Below are positions 36,701 through 45,760 of a stretch of 64,000 nt of DNA, piece after piece. Location of the stretch: positions 45,936 to 109,935 of the forward strand of contig JBHLPF010000003.1 of assembly GCA_048939765.1 (NCBI GenBank), written 5' to 3'. Position numbers and translations under genes: made by a program. Each line of letters opens with the position of its first letter. Position 1 is the stretch's first letter. The notes beneath the pieces are model-generated. The model made no database searches and was not told the DNA's origin. It was given only the letters and a program-made list of their open reading frames with translations. This DNA comes from Promethearchaeota archaeon (GTDB taxonomy: Archaea > Asgardarchaeota > Thorarchaeia > Thorarchaeales > Thorarchaeaceae).

Positions 36701-39257
36701 TTTCAAGAGTCACACCGACTCTTGTTAGCATTAGCTCGCCGCTGTCATGAAGAACAACGAGTTCGTCTATGCCGTCGAGATTTGCATCGAATGGAGCGAG
36801 GAAGGTCACGTCGTTATTAGGAATGACATGCATTTCCAAATCTCCCATATTCTGAGCTGTTCCATCAAACAGATACAATCTAGTTTCGGGTGTGGGTCCA
36901 GTCCAAAATGTCATTCCAATAGCAAATTCCTCTGCACCGCCAAGGTTTCTTTCTAGAGTAGTCATGGATTTAGCTTGTACCGCAGAGAAGCCACCAGTCG
37001 GGATGGTTATCGAACTATAGGTGTTGATGTCGGATCCGTCAACTATTTCGATGAGGGAGTTTCCTCGGATGATTGTCAAGTAACTGGCTTTGCCAGCTCC
37101 AGATTTTGCTCCGATCAGGAACTGAGGACGAAGACTGGGATTGGTTGAATCCGTTAGGTTTCTCCAAGTCCAGGTACCTACGTCATCCATTTGTGCCAGC
37201 GTGTAGTAGTCGGACGTACTGAGATGATACAACTCGTCTTTCCCATCTCCATCTCCGTCGAGAATCTCCAATGTACGCAGGGTCTTCTGGAAGACTGGAG
37301 ATACCGTGGCGTGGTAAAGCGTGAAACTGCTTCCGTGTAGGACATAGGCTTCTGTTGTAACGCCCCTACTTACGAGAGCAACTGGGTCCAGAACTGAATC
37401 GCCATCGAACATGCCACTGGCGAGCCTGAAATCAAATCCTGATGTAAAGTCGATAGGATATGAATCTACAAGCACTCCTTCAGGCAAGTATTTGTTCAGA
37501 TACACTGTTTTTCCACCAGGGTCTAATTCCAGAGAATATATCAAAGGAGTTCCATCTGAGAGATTTCCTTGCGCAATAAGATGATGCGAATATCCTGCAT
37601 TGTATATCTCTGATCTATCATGTTGCCAGGCAAAATGGCCCGTGACCTCAAAGATACGAGGATGAGTTTCATTACCCCAGTACCCAGTGTTATGATACAC
37701 ATCATCTACAGCAATGTAGTATTCGTAGGTCGCGGCTTGTAGGCCAACCAGAAACGCAAAGAACGTGTCGCCATCATCTGGTGTCTGCATCCCGCCTGGT
37801 GGTTGAGTCCACTCAAGAGTACCCGCCTCTCGGATGAAGAGCTCTGCTGATTCAACAGCAGTAGTTTCATGGACTCCCACCTCGACTGTGATGAAGTCGT
37901 CAGTAACTGTCGGGTGAAGCGGATCAAGGGGTGCCTGTGTGATATCAGGAGGGTCAAGCTCTGAAAGGAGTATATAGAGGTCATTACCTGATGTGATGAA
38001 GATGTCCTCCAAGGCATCTTCATTGAGGTCAAAGAGTCGAATCGAATCTACCGTTTCTATGGTTGACTCAGTGTAAGCTATCTCTGCATTGCTACCGTGG
38101 ATGAAACTTGGATTCTCAGGATCGGATATCATAGCAACATCTGTGACTGTGTCACGGTCAATCAATCCTGTTTCAAATGACTGGGCGGTGGCATATACTC
38201 CTGGGGTTTCTCTGAAGATGTTTCCATTGGTGCCGTTAATGAAGAATGCTAGACCCCAATTCACGGAACTCAAAACTAGGTCCTCTTGGCCATCATCAGT
38301 GAAATTGCCTGTTTTTACATAGAGCTGCCCTCCCGGGGGACCAACACCAACCTGGTAAATCGTTGCGAGATTTGTGCCTTGATACAGGGTTAGATCTCCG
38401 AGAATATCTGCGACAACAATGTCAGAGAGACCTCCTCCATAGTCCAATCGTTCTATGGCTCTCGGTGTAGGATGGGTCATATTGAGATTGCATGTTCCAT
38501 CCCCATTGACGACCCATACGTGTGTATCGTTAGTCAATACAATTTGGTCTGCTGAAGGGTCTGAGAATCTCCCTATTGCATTGTGGGATCTAAGATAGGT
38601 GCCCACATTGAAAGTGCCAATAATACCCCCTGTGCTCAGGTCTATTGTATGCATTGAATAATCTGGCGCCCAATTCGCTATAAAGGCCAAATCGGGTGAT
38701 GCATCACCGTTAAAATCGCCTATCCCGAGCAAGGTCCCTGAAACGCCTTGGAGTCCAGTCCATTCAGTCAGGGTGTCATCATTGAAGTCTACTATGTATG
38801 GTGTCAAGGAAGTTGAGGTGAGCCGCTTCAATCCAATGAACTCATCTTGGCCATCGTCATCTATATCCTCGACAATAAGGCTGTTGTATAGTCCGTAAGC
38901 GGGTCCAACACTCATGTTGAACGATGTGCCACTCAGGGGGTCCAAGAATAAAACTAACTCATCTCCTATATCTACGTACGCAAATCCAGTCAGACCCATA
39001 GCTCTTCCAGGCGCCACGCGATACACGCTAGGAGGCAGCGTTACATGCAGCAGATTCTCTGGCCCACCCACTGAAAGAGTACTGGCATCTTCAGTAGCGG
39101 CAGTTCTATTTACAGCTACCATGTTTGCATCTCCTGCGATTAATGGTAGCATAGCCACAAACATGAAAAACACTAGGCACATCGCTTTCATCAATTCCTT
39201 TTCAAAACCATGTGCCTCTCGTGCTCTAGGTCTAAATCTGCTTGAATCCATTTTCAT
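33762..39257 (-). CDS. giant surface protein: FG-GAP/VCBS-type beta-propellers + Ig-like repeats + ~7-TM C-terminal domain
   Basis: DIDDDGQDEF, GDFNGDASPDL, GNFTDDGQEDL, DLNEDALEDI, DGDGDGKDEL, DANLDGIDEL; repeated 'D.YG.PI..A.V' Ig modules; 7 hydrophobic helices in the last ~280 aa. Confidence 0.8.
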   Translation of the reverse strand: MKMDSSRFRPRAREAHGFEKELMKAMCLVFFMFVAMLPLIAGDANMVAVNRTAATEDASTLSVGGPENLLHVTLPPSVYRVAPGRAMGLTGFAYVDIGDELVLFLDPLSGTSFNMSVGPAYGLYNSLIVEDIDDDGQDEFIGLKRLTSTSLTPYIVDFNDDTLTEWTGLQGVSGTLLGIGDFNGDASPDLAFIANWAPDYSMHTIDLSTGGIIGTFNVGTYLRSHNAIGRFSDPSADQIVLTNDTHVWVVNGDGTCNLNMTHPTPRAIERLDYGGGLSDIVVADILGDLTLYQGTNLATIYQVGVGPPGGQLYVKTGNFTDDGQEDLVLSSVNWGLAFFINGTNGNIFRETPGVYATAQSFETGLIDRDTVTDVAMISDPENPSFIHGSNAEIAYTESTIETVDSIRLFDLNEDALEDIFITSGNDLYILLSELDPPDITQAPLDPLHPTVTDDFITVEVGVHETTAVESAELFIREAGTLEWTQPPGGMQTPDDGDTFFAFLVGLQAATYEYYIAVDDVYHNTGYWGNETHPRIFEVTGHFAWQHDRSEIYNAGYSHHLIAQGNLSDGTPLIYSLELDPGGKTVYLNKYLPEGVLVDSYPIDFTSGFDFRLASGMFDGDSVLDPVALVSRGVTTEAYVLHGSSFTLYHATVSPVFQKTLRTLEILDGDGDGKDELYHLSTSDYYTLAQMDDVGTWTWRNLTDSTNPSLRPQFLIGAKSGAGKASYLTIIRGNSLIEIVDGSDINTYSSITIPTGGFSAVQAKSMTTLERNLGGAEEFAIGMTFWTGPTPETRLYLFDGTAQNMGDLEMHVIPNNDVTFLAPFDANLDGIDELVVLHDSGELMLTRVGVTLEIDWSIYVTESTPLCAIETDFNGWPVNEFLLFTKEDGLLTIISNDGGVRTAEVGEVYDPIPIGNVDPGSGQEIAAYPIVTDVGKAVIGAIRDLDLFYRLSVGIEYAPAIVDQGSPFGANVTVLNIYGESVDDAAVYVQASFVTPEGLQTPSFNSYYNPSESHYEAWTDASWPIGPINLSVLVNHDFYHFRYASFPDAVTVRSDLHVLVFCPDRVYQGGNMTVEVLVHDNLEARVDDSSVMVHIGGSDYPAVPMNNSYFLEVAEVQLQAGSHLISATATHPFGNGVGYGERIIEVQTLASSLTVITDFPGIAQQHDNVVAVFQVYDAYGRPIIHASVSLRSENVIFQLQESAVPGAYQFNSTIELGIGNYTFNLHVQKSNIFDNPAQQIEFEVVGDLLPNVFFTPRVEAGATFEVSVFVKDAFGPVLQGTSVAIEINGTRYTQTGVTGEPDFVFMVLADFLIGDNTFTVYVNATYANPWSKVYTIRAYADASAYSSIRSLGGDTVAQGGQTTMELTLVDWLDRPVSGATVTFFVKALSYPMQESTPGVYTAQVSTVGWSPGEYNYSVSVHHEDIETGDALEGVLVVTGQIVFDVTFFPESGTQGQSLLVAIAIQDIYGNPIPDLDVTVSLMDMPPVQATETYAIGTYEVSIVQIPTTEGYGEFTVGITAQGQFVQATDTTETITIDPAVPDFALSTQSVSIGAGLSFLLSIIGMFVYFRISASTRIDDESVEGLRRSVRRMDRIYLLMAIGSGAGLIASYWYFMQAELGLALVLTLALLGMSVLMYGLWLYRDAVSAVLIKGALNRGRIALGLWHLVFVPLVIVLMLVYGTGIDWFRAYIIEVSTSFGDLTIPTIMTTIFVAYVSSIIVVVVNLYREVSKGIKKVMRMEEAGTPRRIVEDEKISMINRFSSSIRLKFLMFLVVVGATTVMSMDFLQSFQLAIIVLMPVLFLVVIPFIASKIIQALGKVTGAVSKRSSVPSE

Positions 39258-39464
39258 TCAATCTCGTTATCCTTCAAGGTATCGCGAATCCCTACACCGT
39301 ACCTAATGTTTCTAAAATCGCGTACTCCTAATTCGGTGTCTATAGCCCCTTTTATTGATTCTGAGTGGTCAAGTTCTTTCAACACAATTCCAAACATTCA
39401 AGTTGGGCTTTTCATCGCTCGAGTCAGGGCCTAACGTTACGATTAGGTTGAGGAGACCCAAAGA

Positions 39465-40826
39465 ATGGTTGATAACATTGCGGTGATTGGCTGTGGAGCT
39501 GCAGGAGCCACAGCAGCATTACAGGCAAGGAAATTCAATAGGAATGTCGAGATTTCGGTCTTCAACGCAGAGCCTTATTCTCAATACTCGCGCTGCGGTC
39601 TACCCTACACCATTTCTGGAAAAGTAGGTGATTTTCATGACCTGGTTCTCATGCCGCCTGACAATTGGGAACAGTTGAAGATCAATTCGTACCTTGGCGT
39701 GACAGTTGGTAAAATTGACCATGCCTCAAGAGAGCTGCATTTCAAAAATGCAGAAGGTGATGGCATGCAGAAGTATGATGCATTGATTTTCGCAACAGGA
39801 GCAGAGAATGCAGATCCCCCAATCAAAGGTTTGGATAAGAACCGAGTATACGGACTCCGCACACTTGATGATGCAAAAGCTCTTGCCTCGGAAGTCGGTA
39901 AGGCAAAGAGAGCAGTCGTGATCGGGGGTGGCCTAATAGGAATGGAAGCAGCCGAGGCCTTTCATGAGAAGGGTCTGGATGTCACAGTGGTTGAGTTCCT
40001 GCCTCATTGTCTTCTCGCTATGGTGGATCCCGACATGGCACAGATTGTTGAGGATCACTGCAGAGAACACGGTCTCAGTATAATCACAAACACTGCAGCG
40101 CAGGAGGTCCTTGGCGATGATTCGCCTTCTGGTGTCGTCCTTAAGAGCCGTGAAACCGAAGAGGAGTCTACTATAGACGCCGACTTCGTGATAGTCGCCA
40201 CTGGAGTTCGACCGGTCACAGGGCTAGCTGAGAGCATAGGTGTCAAAATCGGATCAACACGCGGCATTACGGTCGATGACAGGATGATGACCAATCTTGA
40301 AGATGTATATGCATGCGGTGATTGCGCTGAGCATCTCGAATATGTAACACGCCAACCGTCTCCGGGCGGTCTGGGGACTATTGCTGTACGTCAGGGCAGA
40401 GTTGCAGGCATCAACGCTGCAGGCGGCGATGAAAGGTTTCCAGGGATAGTTGGTGCGAAGGTGACAAAGCTATTCGGTATGGAGATAGCAAGCACTGGAC
40501 TAACGGACGACATGGCCAAGCGACTTGAGGTTCCACTTGTAAAGGGGTCAATAAAGGGTAGCACAAAGCCGCCCTATTTCATTGGTGGCAGGGATCTAAA
40601 GGTGAAGACGTACTTCAACAAGGAGACCGGGAAACTTGTGGGTGGGCAACTTGTAGGTCTTGAAGATGCAGCAATGAGAATAAACGTCATTACGTTGGGC
40701 ATCCAGCACGAAGTCAATTCTGTGGACCTATTTGAATTCGAAAACTGCTATGCTCCAGCGATATGTGATACCTGGGATCCCATCGTCGAGTCGGCAAGTG
40801 CAGCAAGGCGACGTTTCAAGGTGTGA
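39465..40826 (+). CDS. CoA-disulfide reductase / NADH oxidase family flavoprotein
   Basis: VIGCGAAG, YSRCGLPY redox Cys, IGGGLIGME, YACGDC, CYAP. Confidence 0.88.
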   Translation: MVDNIAVIGCGAAGATAALQARKFNRNVEISVFNAEPYSQYSRCGLPYTISGKVGDFHDLVLMPPDNWEQLKINSYLGVTVGKIDHASRELHFKNAEGDGMQKYDALIFATGAENADPPIKGLDKNRVYGLRTLDDAKALASEVGKAKRAVVIGGGLIGMEAAEAFHEKGLDVTVVEFLPHCLLAMVDPDMAQIVEDHCREHGLSIITNTAAQEVLGDDSPSGVVLKSRETEEESTIDADFVIVATGVRPVTGLAESIGVKIGSTRGITVDDRMMTNLEDVYACGDCAEHLEYVTRQPSPGGLGTIAVRQGRVAGINAAGGDERFPGIVGAKVTKLFGMEIASTGLTDDMAKRLEVPLVKGSIKGSTKPPYFIGGRDLKVKTYFNKETGKLVGGQLVGLEDAAMRINVITLGIQHEVNSVDLFEFENCYAPAICDTWDPIVESASAARRRFKV

Positions 40827-41268
40827 TGATATCAATATTCTCGAATGCATATTGAAATGAACTTACCTGAGTTGGAGAGCTAGAGACCACGACGACCTCC
40901 CTTACCCTGCTGGACCACTTTGAATGCGCGTATATCGCCTTCGCTATCTCTTCCGCCACCTCCCAGCTGGGCACTCTCGCCACCTCTAGGCCTAAGGTAT
41001 AGAAGCCAACCGATGAGATTTCCTTCCTTTCAGCTGTTTCAAGAGCCTTCTTGGATGACTCATAGATCGCCTGCCTCCGATTGTCACTAGCGATCGAGAG
41101 TTCAGGCCAGAATTCTATGTTGTCTGAGGATGATACTTCTTGAACAGTGAATCCTAATCCTTCGGCCGCTCCGATTGACTTCGACCTAACTGCCAGTCTG
41201 ATATTGTCGTCATTGTAAGGTCCTAGGTGCACTCCAATCTTGATTGACCCGAAAGACCAGGCTATCAT
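40816..41268 (-). CDS. degenerate macrodomain-like protein
   Basis: AIYESSKKALETAERKEISSVGFYTLG...EVAEEIAKAI..VREVVVV parallels the macro fold C-terminal half; overlaps the upstream macro gene by 4 nt. Confidence 0.55.
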   Translation of the reverse strand: MIAWSFGSIKIGVHLGPYNDDNIRLAVRSKSIGAAEGLGFTVQEVSSSDNIEFWPELSIASDNRRQAIYESSKKALETAERKEISSVGFYTLGLEVARVPSWEVAEEIAKAIYAHSKWSSRVREVVVVSSSPTQVSSFQYAFENIDIITP

Positions 41269-41828
41269 TCGCCTTCCCTCATGACATCAACCATCACTTG
41301 GTCAATGAATGCCTCCTCAACAGCTTTGTCGAAGTGGTCACACATTTCATTGCTGAGTCCTACCAATAGTATTCTCTTGACAGAACGACTGGCTCGTGTA
41401 TATTCAGCAATGGCATCGGCTATGGCCTTGGCTGACTCCTCTTCTGATAGCCCTCCAATCCCAGCCCCAATTGCAGGCACAGCTATTTCCTCCAATCCAT
41501 GTTCGCTGGCAATATCCAAGGCTGTTGCGACGGAAGACCGAACATTCCAAAATGTTGCGCTTCCTCCAGGAGGCATTCCTGCACAATGAATGACGTACCT
41601 TGCTGGAAGTTTCCCTGCTGTAGTCATCACTGCCTCACCAGGTTTTATCGGACCTAATGAAAGGGCTTCATCCTCAATTTCTTTACCGCCTTTCGCCTTA
41701 ATGGCGCCAGCAACACCCCTGCCCATCCATAAATCCGAATTTGCAGCATTTATGATTGCATCGACTCCCAATTCAGTAATGTCACCATGATGAGTTCGTA
41801 TCAGAACACCACCTACCGTCCTATCCAT
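41265..41828 (-). CDS. macrodomain protein (O-acetyl-ADP-ribose deacetylase / ADP-ribosylhydrolase family)
   Basis: GDIT, DAIINAAN, GRGVAGAI, YVIH, IAVPAIGAGIGG. Confidence 0.92.
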   Translation of the reverse strand: MDRTVGGVLIRTHHGDITELGVDAIINAANSDLWMGRGVAGAIKAKGGKEIEDEALSLGPIKPGEAVMTTAGKLPARYVIHCAGMPPGGSATFWNVRSSVATALDIASEHGLEEIAVPAIGAGIGGLSEEESAKAIADAIAEYTRASRSVKRILLVGLSNEMCDHFDKAVEEAFIDQVMVDVMREGE

Positions 41829-41943
41829 CGAAGAAGCCTCCTGTCTTCACAGTACCCTGTATTAAAACACCAACGCACAAAAGTATGTCGTGCAATCACA
41901 ATCCTTTTTGGTGCCATACATTTTCCACTCCTAGGCGAGTAAT

Positions 41944-42519
41944 CTGAAGGATATAGACCCTAGAGATGAGGCAGACATCATTTCCAGGTACGGAGAGCCA
42001 GCGAAGACTCAATTCAATGCCAATTTTCAGCAGTTTGAATGTGACTTGGTGAAGCAGAGTACCTCAAAAGGGAGATACCATGACATAACATGTTTCATTC
42101 GAAGCGGGGAAAAGTACGTCGGAATACAGAAGCATGCGTATGCGGACACTGGAATATACCGGGCACCATCAGGTGGCGCCAATATGGGAGAGCCTATCGA
42201 GGAAGCTGCAAAGAGGGAGATGTATGAGGAAACGGGACTCAAAATCCGCTTGATTCGATATGTATTGGACTCTCGTCTGGATGTTGTCTGCGCGGATGAC
42301 ACAATCCCTTGGCGTTCACTAGTGTTCCTTGCTGAGATTGAAAATGGGGAAATGAATGCTGTCGATACACACGAGATCTATGAGGTCAAGACTGTCACTC
42401 GTGAGGAGATGCTAGGCCCAATTTGCAGGCTTATGGAAGACTCCGGCTGGGGTGGGTTCCTCTATCGTGCTCATTTAACTAGAAGATTCTTTGAGCAAAT
42501 GGACGCGTTAGGTATTTGA
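41944..42519 (+). CDS. NUDIX hydrolase
   Basis: Nudix box GGANMGEPIEEAAKREMYEETGL; frame is open upstream of TTG 42046 to a CTG at 41944. Confidence 0.85.
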   Translation: MKDIDPRDEADIISRYGEPAKTQFNANFQQFECDLVKQSTSKGRYHDITCFIRSGEKYVGIQKHAYADTGIYRAPSGGANMGEPIEEAAKREMYEETGLKIRLIRYVLDSRLDVVCADDTIPWRSLVFLAEIENGEMNAVDTHEIYEVKTVTREEMLGPICRLMEDSGWGGFLYRAHLTRRFFEQMDALGI

Positions 42520-42540
42520 GCAGACTATCCCCGTGTCATG

Positions 42541-42576
42541 AAAAAAGAAAGGGTTGGCTGCAGACTTCTGCAGCCC
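42541..42576 (-). terminator. stem-loop + U-tract terminator of the tfb pair
   Basis: GGCTGCAG-AAGT-CTGCAGCC hairpin followed on the - strand by TTTCTTTTTT. Confidence 0.65.
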
Positions 42577-42583
42577 AGGCACT

Positions 42584-43543
42584 CTACGGAGCCATCGATA
42601 TCTTGAGTCGTGAGACCAGCTCCTTGTACCTGTTACGAATTGTGACCTCTGTAACACTCGCAGCTAGAGCTATCTGACGCTGAGTCACTCTGTTATCAGT
42701 GAGTATTGATGCGATGTAGATGGCTGCTGCAGCTAGTCCTCTTGGGTCTCTGCCGGTGACAAGACCCCCCACAGCCTTTGCTTCGTCTAGCAGTTCAAGT
42801 GCCTTGCTCTGAACTTCGCCAGGAAGGCCAAGATCTGAGATGAACCGAGGCACGTAGTTCTCCGGTTCTGAAACAGGCATTCTCAGACCGAGCTTGGTCA
42901 CTAGGAGCCTATAGCTGGCGCCCATCTTCTTCTTGTGGACTCTGCTGTACTCCGATATCTCCTCTAGAGACCTCGGTGACTTCCTGAGTCTGCATGCAGC
43001 ATAGATGGCGGCTCCCACCATAGCATCAATTGAACGGCTCTTGACATATCGTCCTAGGATAAGCTTCCTATACAGTGTCGCAGCCAATTCCTTGATGTTC
43101 TTCGTCAGTCCCATTTGGGATGCAAGCCTATCAAGCTCTGTCATTGCCTGTGCCAAGTTACGCTCAAGTGAGCTATGAACTCGGGTTCGTCTCTGCCACT
43201 TTCTGAGCCTATAGATCTGGGCTCGCTGTGACGCGGTGAATCGTTTACCGCTGGAGTCATGATCTCTCCAGTCAATCATTGTGGATAGACCCTTGTCATG
43301 AATAGCAATACTCGAAGGAGCGCCGGTTCTGGCGCGAGAGTCTCTCTCCTGCGAAGTAAAGGCCCTCCACTCAGGACCGGTGTCTATTCTATGGTCTGAC
43401 AGTACTAACCCACACTGGGTGCAGACTATTTCTCCATTCTCCCAAATTGACTCCTTGCTGCCGCAGTCCGGACAGGCGGAGTCGACTGTACTTTCAACCT
43501 TTGCATTGTTTAGATTCTTACTCTGTGTAGTTCTGGATGCTAT
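42584..43543 (-). CDS. tfb: transcription initiation factor IIB (TFB paralogue 2), probable ATA start
   Basis: in-frame Zn ribbon CPDC..CTQC, DTGPEWRAF and HDKGLST lie upstream of the track ORF; two cyclin folds; GAGGAGG SD 8 nt before ATA. Confidence 0.88.
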   Translation of the reverse strand: MASRTTQSKNLNNAKVESTVDSACPDCGSKESIWENGEIVCTQCGLVLSDHRIDTGPEWRAFTSQERDSRARTGAPSSIAIHDKGLSTMIDWRDHDSSGKRFTASQRAQIYRLRKWQRRTRVHSSLERNLAQAMTELDRLASQMGLTKNIKELAATLYRKLILGRYVKSRSIDAMVGAAIYAACRLRKSPRSLEEISEYSRVHKKKMGASYRLLVTKLGLRMPVSEPENYVPRFISDLGLPGEVQSKALELLDEAKAVGGLVTGRDPRGLAAAAIYIASILTDNRVTQRQIALAASVTEVTIRNRYKELVSRLKISMAP

Positions 43544-43623
43544 TTTTTCTCCCTCCTCAGGGAAACGGTGTTAGGGGATTAACCCCACACCCCACTTGCG
43601 TGCTTTTGCGCGGATTCCGTAGA

Positions 43624-44565
43624 TCACGGTGCCATTGTGATGTTAAGCTTGTTCACCAATTCCTTGTAGCGATTTCTGACTGTCACTTCAGTGACGCCAG
43701 CGGCCATTGCAATGTCCCGCTGAGTTACTCTGTGATCCATCAGTATCGACGCGATGTATATTGCAGCCGCGGCTAGCCCTCTAGGATCGCGGCCGGTTAC
43801 AAGGCTTCTCCGTTCCTTGGCCATATCCAGAATCTCAAGTACCTTCTGCTGAACCTTGCCCGGTAGGTTCAACTGAGTTATCAGTCTTGGAACATAGTTT
43901 GCTGGGTCAGATATCGGCATTTTGAGCTTCAATTTCTCCACCAGCAACCTGTAATGCTGTCCGATCTTCTTCTTTGAGACTCTGCTGTGCCTGGAGATTT
44001 CCTCAAGGGACCTGGGTGCCTTTCTCAGTCTGCATGCGGCGTAAATAGACGCACCGACCATCGCATCAATCGACCTGCTCCGTGCAAGTCTCTTGACTAT
44101 GAGCTTCCTATATAGAAGTGCAGCCAACTCCTTGATGCTCTTTGTAAGTCCAAGCTGTGAAGTCAGTCTGTCAAGTTCAGACATCGCCTGAGCGAGATTT
44201 CTGTCCACTGAGCTATGAACGCGAGTTCTGATCTGCCACTTTCGAAGCCGATAGAACTTCGAGCGCTGTTGTGCTGTGAAACGCTTACCCTGTGAGTCAT
44301 GATCTCTCCAGTCCATCATCGTTGAGAGACCCTTGTCATGAATAGCGTATGAGCTAGGCGCACCCGCTCTTGAGCGTGCATCTTTCTCATCCGCCGTGAA
44401 TGCTCTCCATTCAGGACCAGTATCAATGCGGTGGTCGCTTACTACAAGGCCGCAGGTCGCGCAAATCCTTTCACCCTTTTCTAGGTCCTGCACTATCTCA
44501 TGTCCCCCACAATCTGGACATGTGAAGACTGTGCCTTTTGCTCCTGCTCCTTTCCTTGACGACAT
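43624..44565 (-). CDS. tfb: transcription initiation factor IIB (TFB paralogue 1)
   Basis: CPDC..CATC, DTGPEWRAF, HDKGLST, GRDPRGLAAAAIY, GVTEVTVRNRYKEL. Confidence 0.95.
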   Translation of the reverse strand: MSSRKGAGAKGTVFTCPDCGGHEIVQDLEKGERICATCGLVVSDHRIDTGPEWRAFTADEKDARSRAGAPSSYAIHDKGLSTMMDWRDHDSQGKRFTAQQRSKFYRLRKWQIRTRVHSSVDRNLAQAMSELDRLTSQLGLTKSIKELAALLYRKLIVKRLARSRSIDAMVGASIYAACRLRKAPRSLEEISRHSRVSKKKIGQHYRLLVEKLKLKMPISDPANYVPRLITQLNLPGKVQQKVLEILDMAKERRSLVTGRDPRGLAAAAIYIASILMDHRVTQRDIAMAAGVTEVTVRNRYKELVNKLNITMAP

Positions 44566-44699
44566 GGCGGATCGACCTCTCCTCACACCTTAGGATTGGA
44601 CACGAAAGGGAATGGAATCTCACCTTGTATTGATGTCGAAGTCGTGGTGTGGCGCTGAAAGTTCAAGAAGGTGTTCAATCCCTGTAGGTGGACCCTTAG

Positions 44700-44760
44700 A
44701 TTTATATACATGAATGCGTATGGCCTTATAAGTGTTTCGAACCTTTATATACCTAGGTTC
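44700..44760 (-). promoter_or_regulatory. tfb promoter region with multiple TATA-like boxes
   Basis: - strand GTATATAAA twice (44701-44709, 44744-44752), CGAAACACTTATAA between them; GAACCT..AGGTTC inverted repeat. Confidence 0.5.
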
Positions 44761-44935
44761 CACTCCCCTATTTTTCCCCCGCTACTCTGCGTATAGCTTC
44801 CTTTTGATATAAGTATTTTGACAAGTCCGTCCATTCGATTTCTCTCACATAGTGTTCCATTTTTCGTAAGAAACATGTTATTCTCACTATATAGTACGAG
44901 AAAAACATACTATCCTCATACATACGTATGTGATT

Positions 44936-45700
44936 CTACTGCTGGGATTCCATTTCTTCTGTGTCTGAATAGAGTCGCCACTCAGCAACTAGGCCGTCTC
45001 GTATCTCTGCGGTCCATAGTATGGTCTCTCTGTCTTCGATTTCTGGAGCTACATGAGAGCCGGTGGTCCTCCCCAGAATCGCAACTCCATCACCGCTTGT
45101 AATGATATGATTCACATGTATCCTGTAGTCCGGATAGGCAGTGAAGTAATCATTCCATCCGGATCTGCCTTTGGATACTTCTCCTTCGTAGTCTGTAAAC
45201 GTGAAATCCTCAGTCTGCAGTGCCATGAGACCCTCAGAGTCTGCTGCGTTGATGGTTTCAACAAACTTGAGGGCTGTTGACTTGACTCTATCAAGCTTCT
45301 CCATGTGCTCCTTGGCCTTCTCTCCAATGTTGACCTTTTCGCGGATTTCGTGCACGTCAGAGTAGATTCTCCATTCTGATACCAAATCGCCTCGGACTTG
45401 AGCGACCCATAATATTGTCCAATGCTCTTCAACCACAGGTCCCACATGACACCCTGTTGTCCTTCCGAATACCGCTACTCCATTTCCCCCATTTACTAAT
45501 TCATCTATGTGAATCTTGTATTCGGGATAATTCTCGAAGTAGCCATACCAACCATCTCGGCCCGTTGTCACATCACCGTCATAGTCAATGAATGTGAAGT
45601 CTTTAGTCTGATGCATCATCAGATCTTCAGCATCTCCGGCATTAATGCATTCAACGAATTCACGCACAGCGGACCTAGCCTCTTCTCTCGACTTGCTCAT
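44936..45700 (-). CDS. tandem SnoaL/NTF2-like domain protein
   Basis: two ~115-aa internal repeats (FVE.INA.D.E.LM..QT.DFTF.DY.G...W..YF..YP.Y.IH...GRTTG.HV...W.A..R..LV.EWR.YSD). Confidence 0.85.
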   Translation of the reverse strand: MSKSREEARSAVREFVECINAGDAEDLMMHQTKDFTFIDYDGDVTTGRDGWYGYFENYPEYKIHIDELVNGGNGVAVFGRTTGCHVGPVVEEHWTILWVAQVRGDLVSEWRIYSDVHEIREKVNIGEKAKEHMEKLDRVKSTALKFVETINAADSEGLMALQTEDFTFTDYEGEVSKGRSGWNDYFTAYPDYRIHVNHIITSGDGVAILGRTTGSHVAPEIEDRETILWTAEIRDGLVAEWRLYSDTEEMESQQ

Positions 45701-45760
45701 GATATGCCTCAATGCAGTATTTGCTCTTCTTGGAGATAAAATGACCGACGAATGAGATCC

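Noticed and set aside
42584-43279. N-terminally truncated TFB or pseudogene, as the ORF track suggests
   Set aside because: Zn ribbon and B-reader are intact and in frame upstream; better explained by an ATA start
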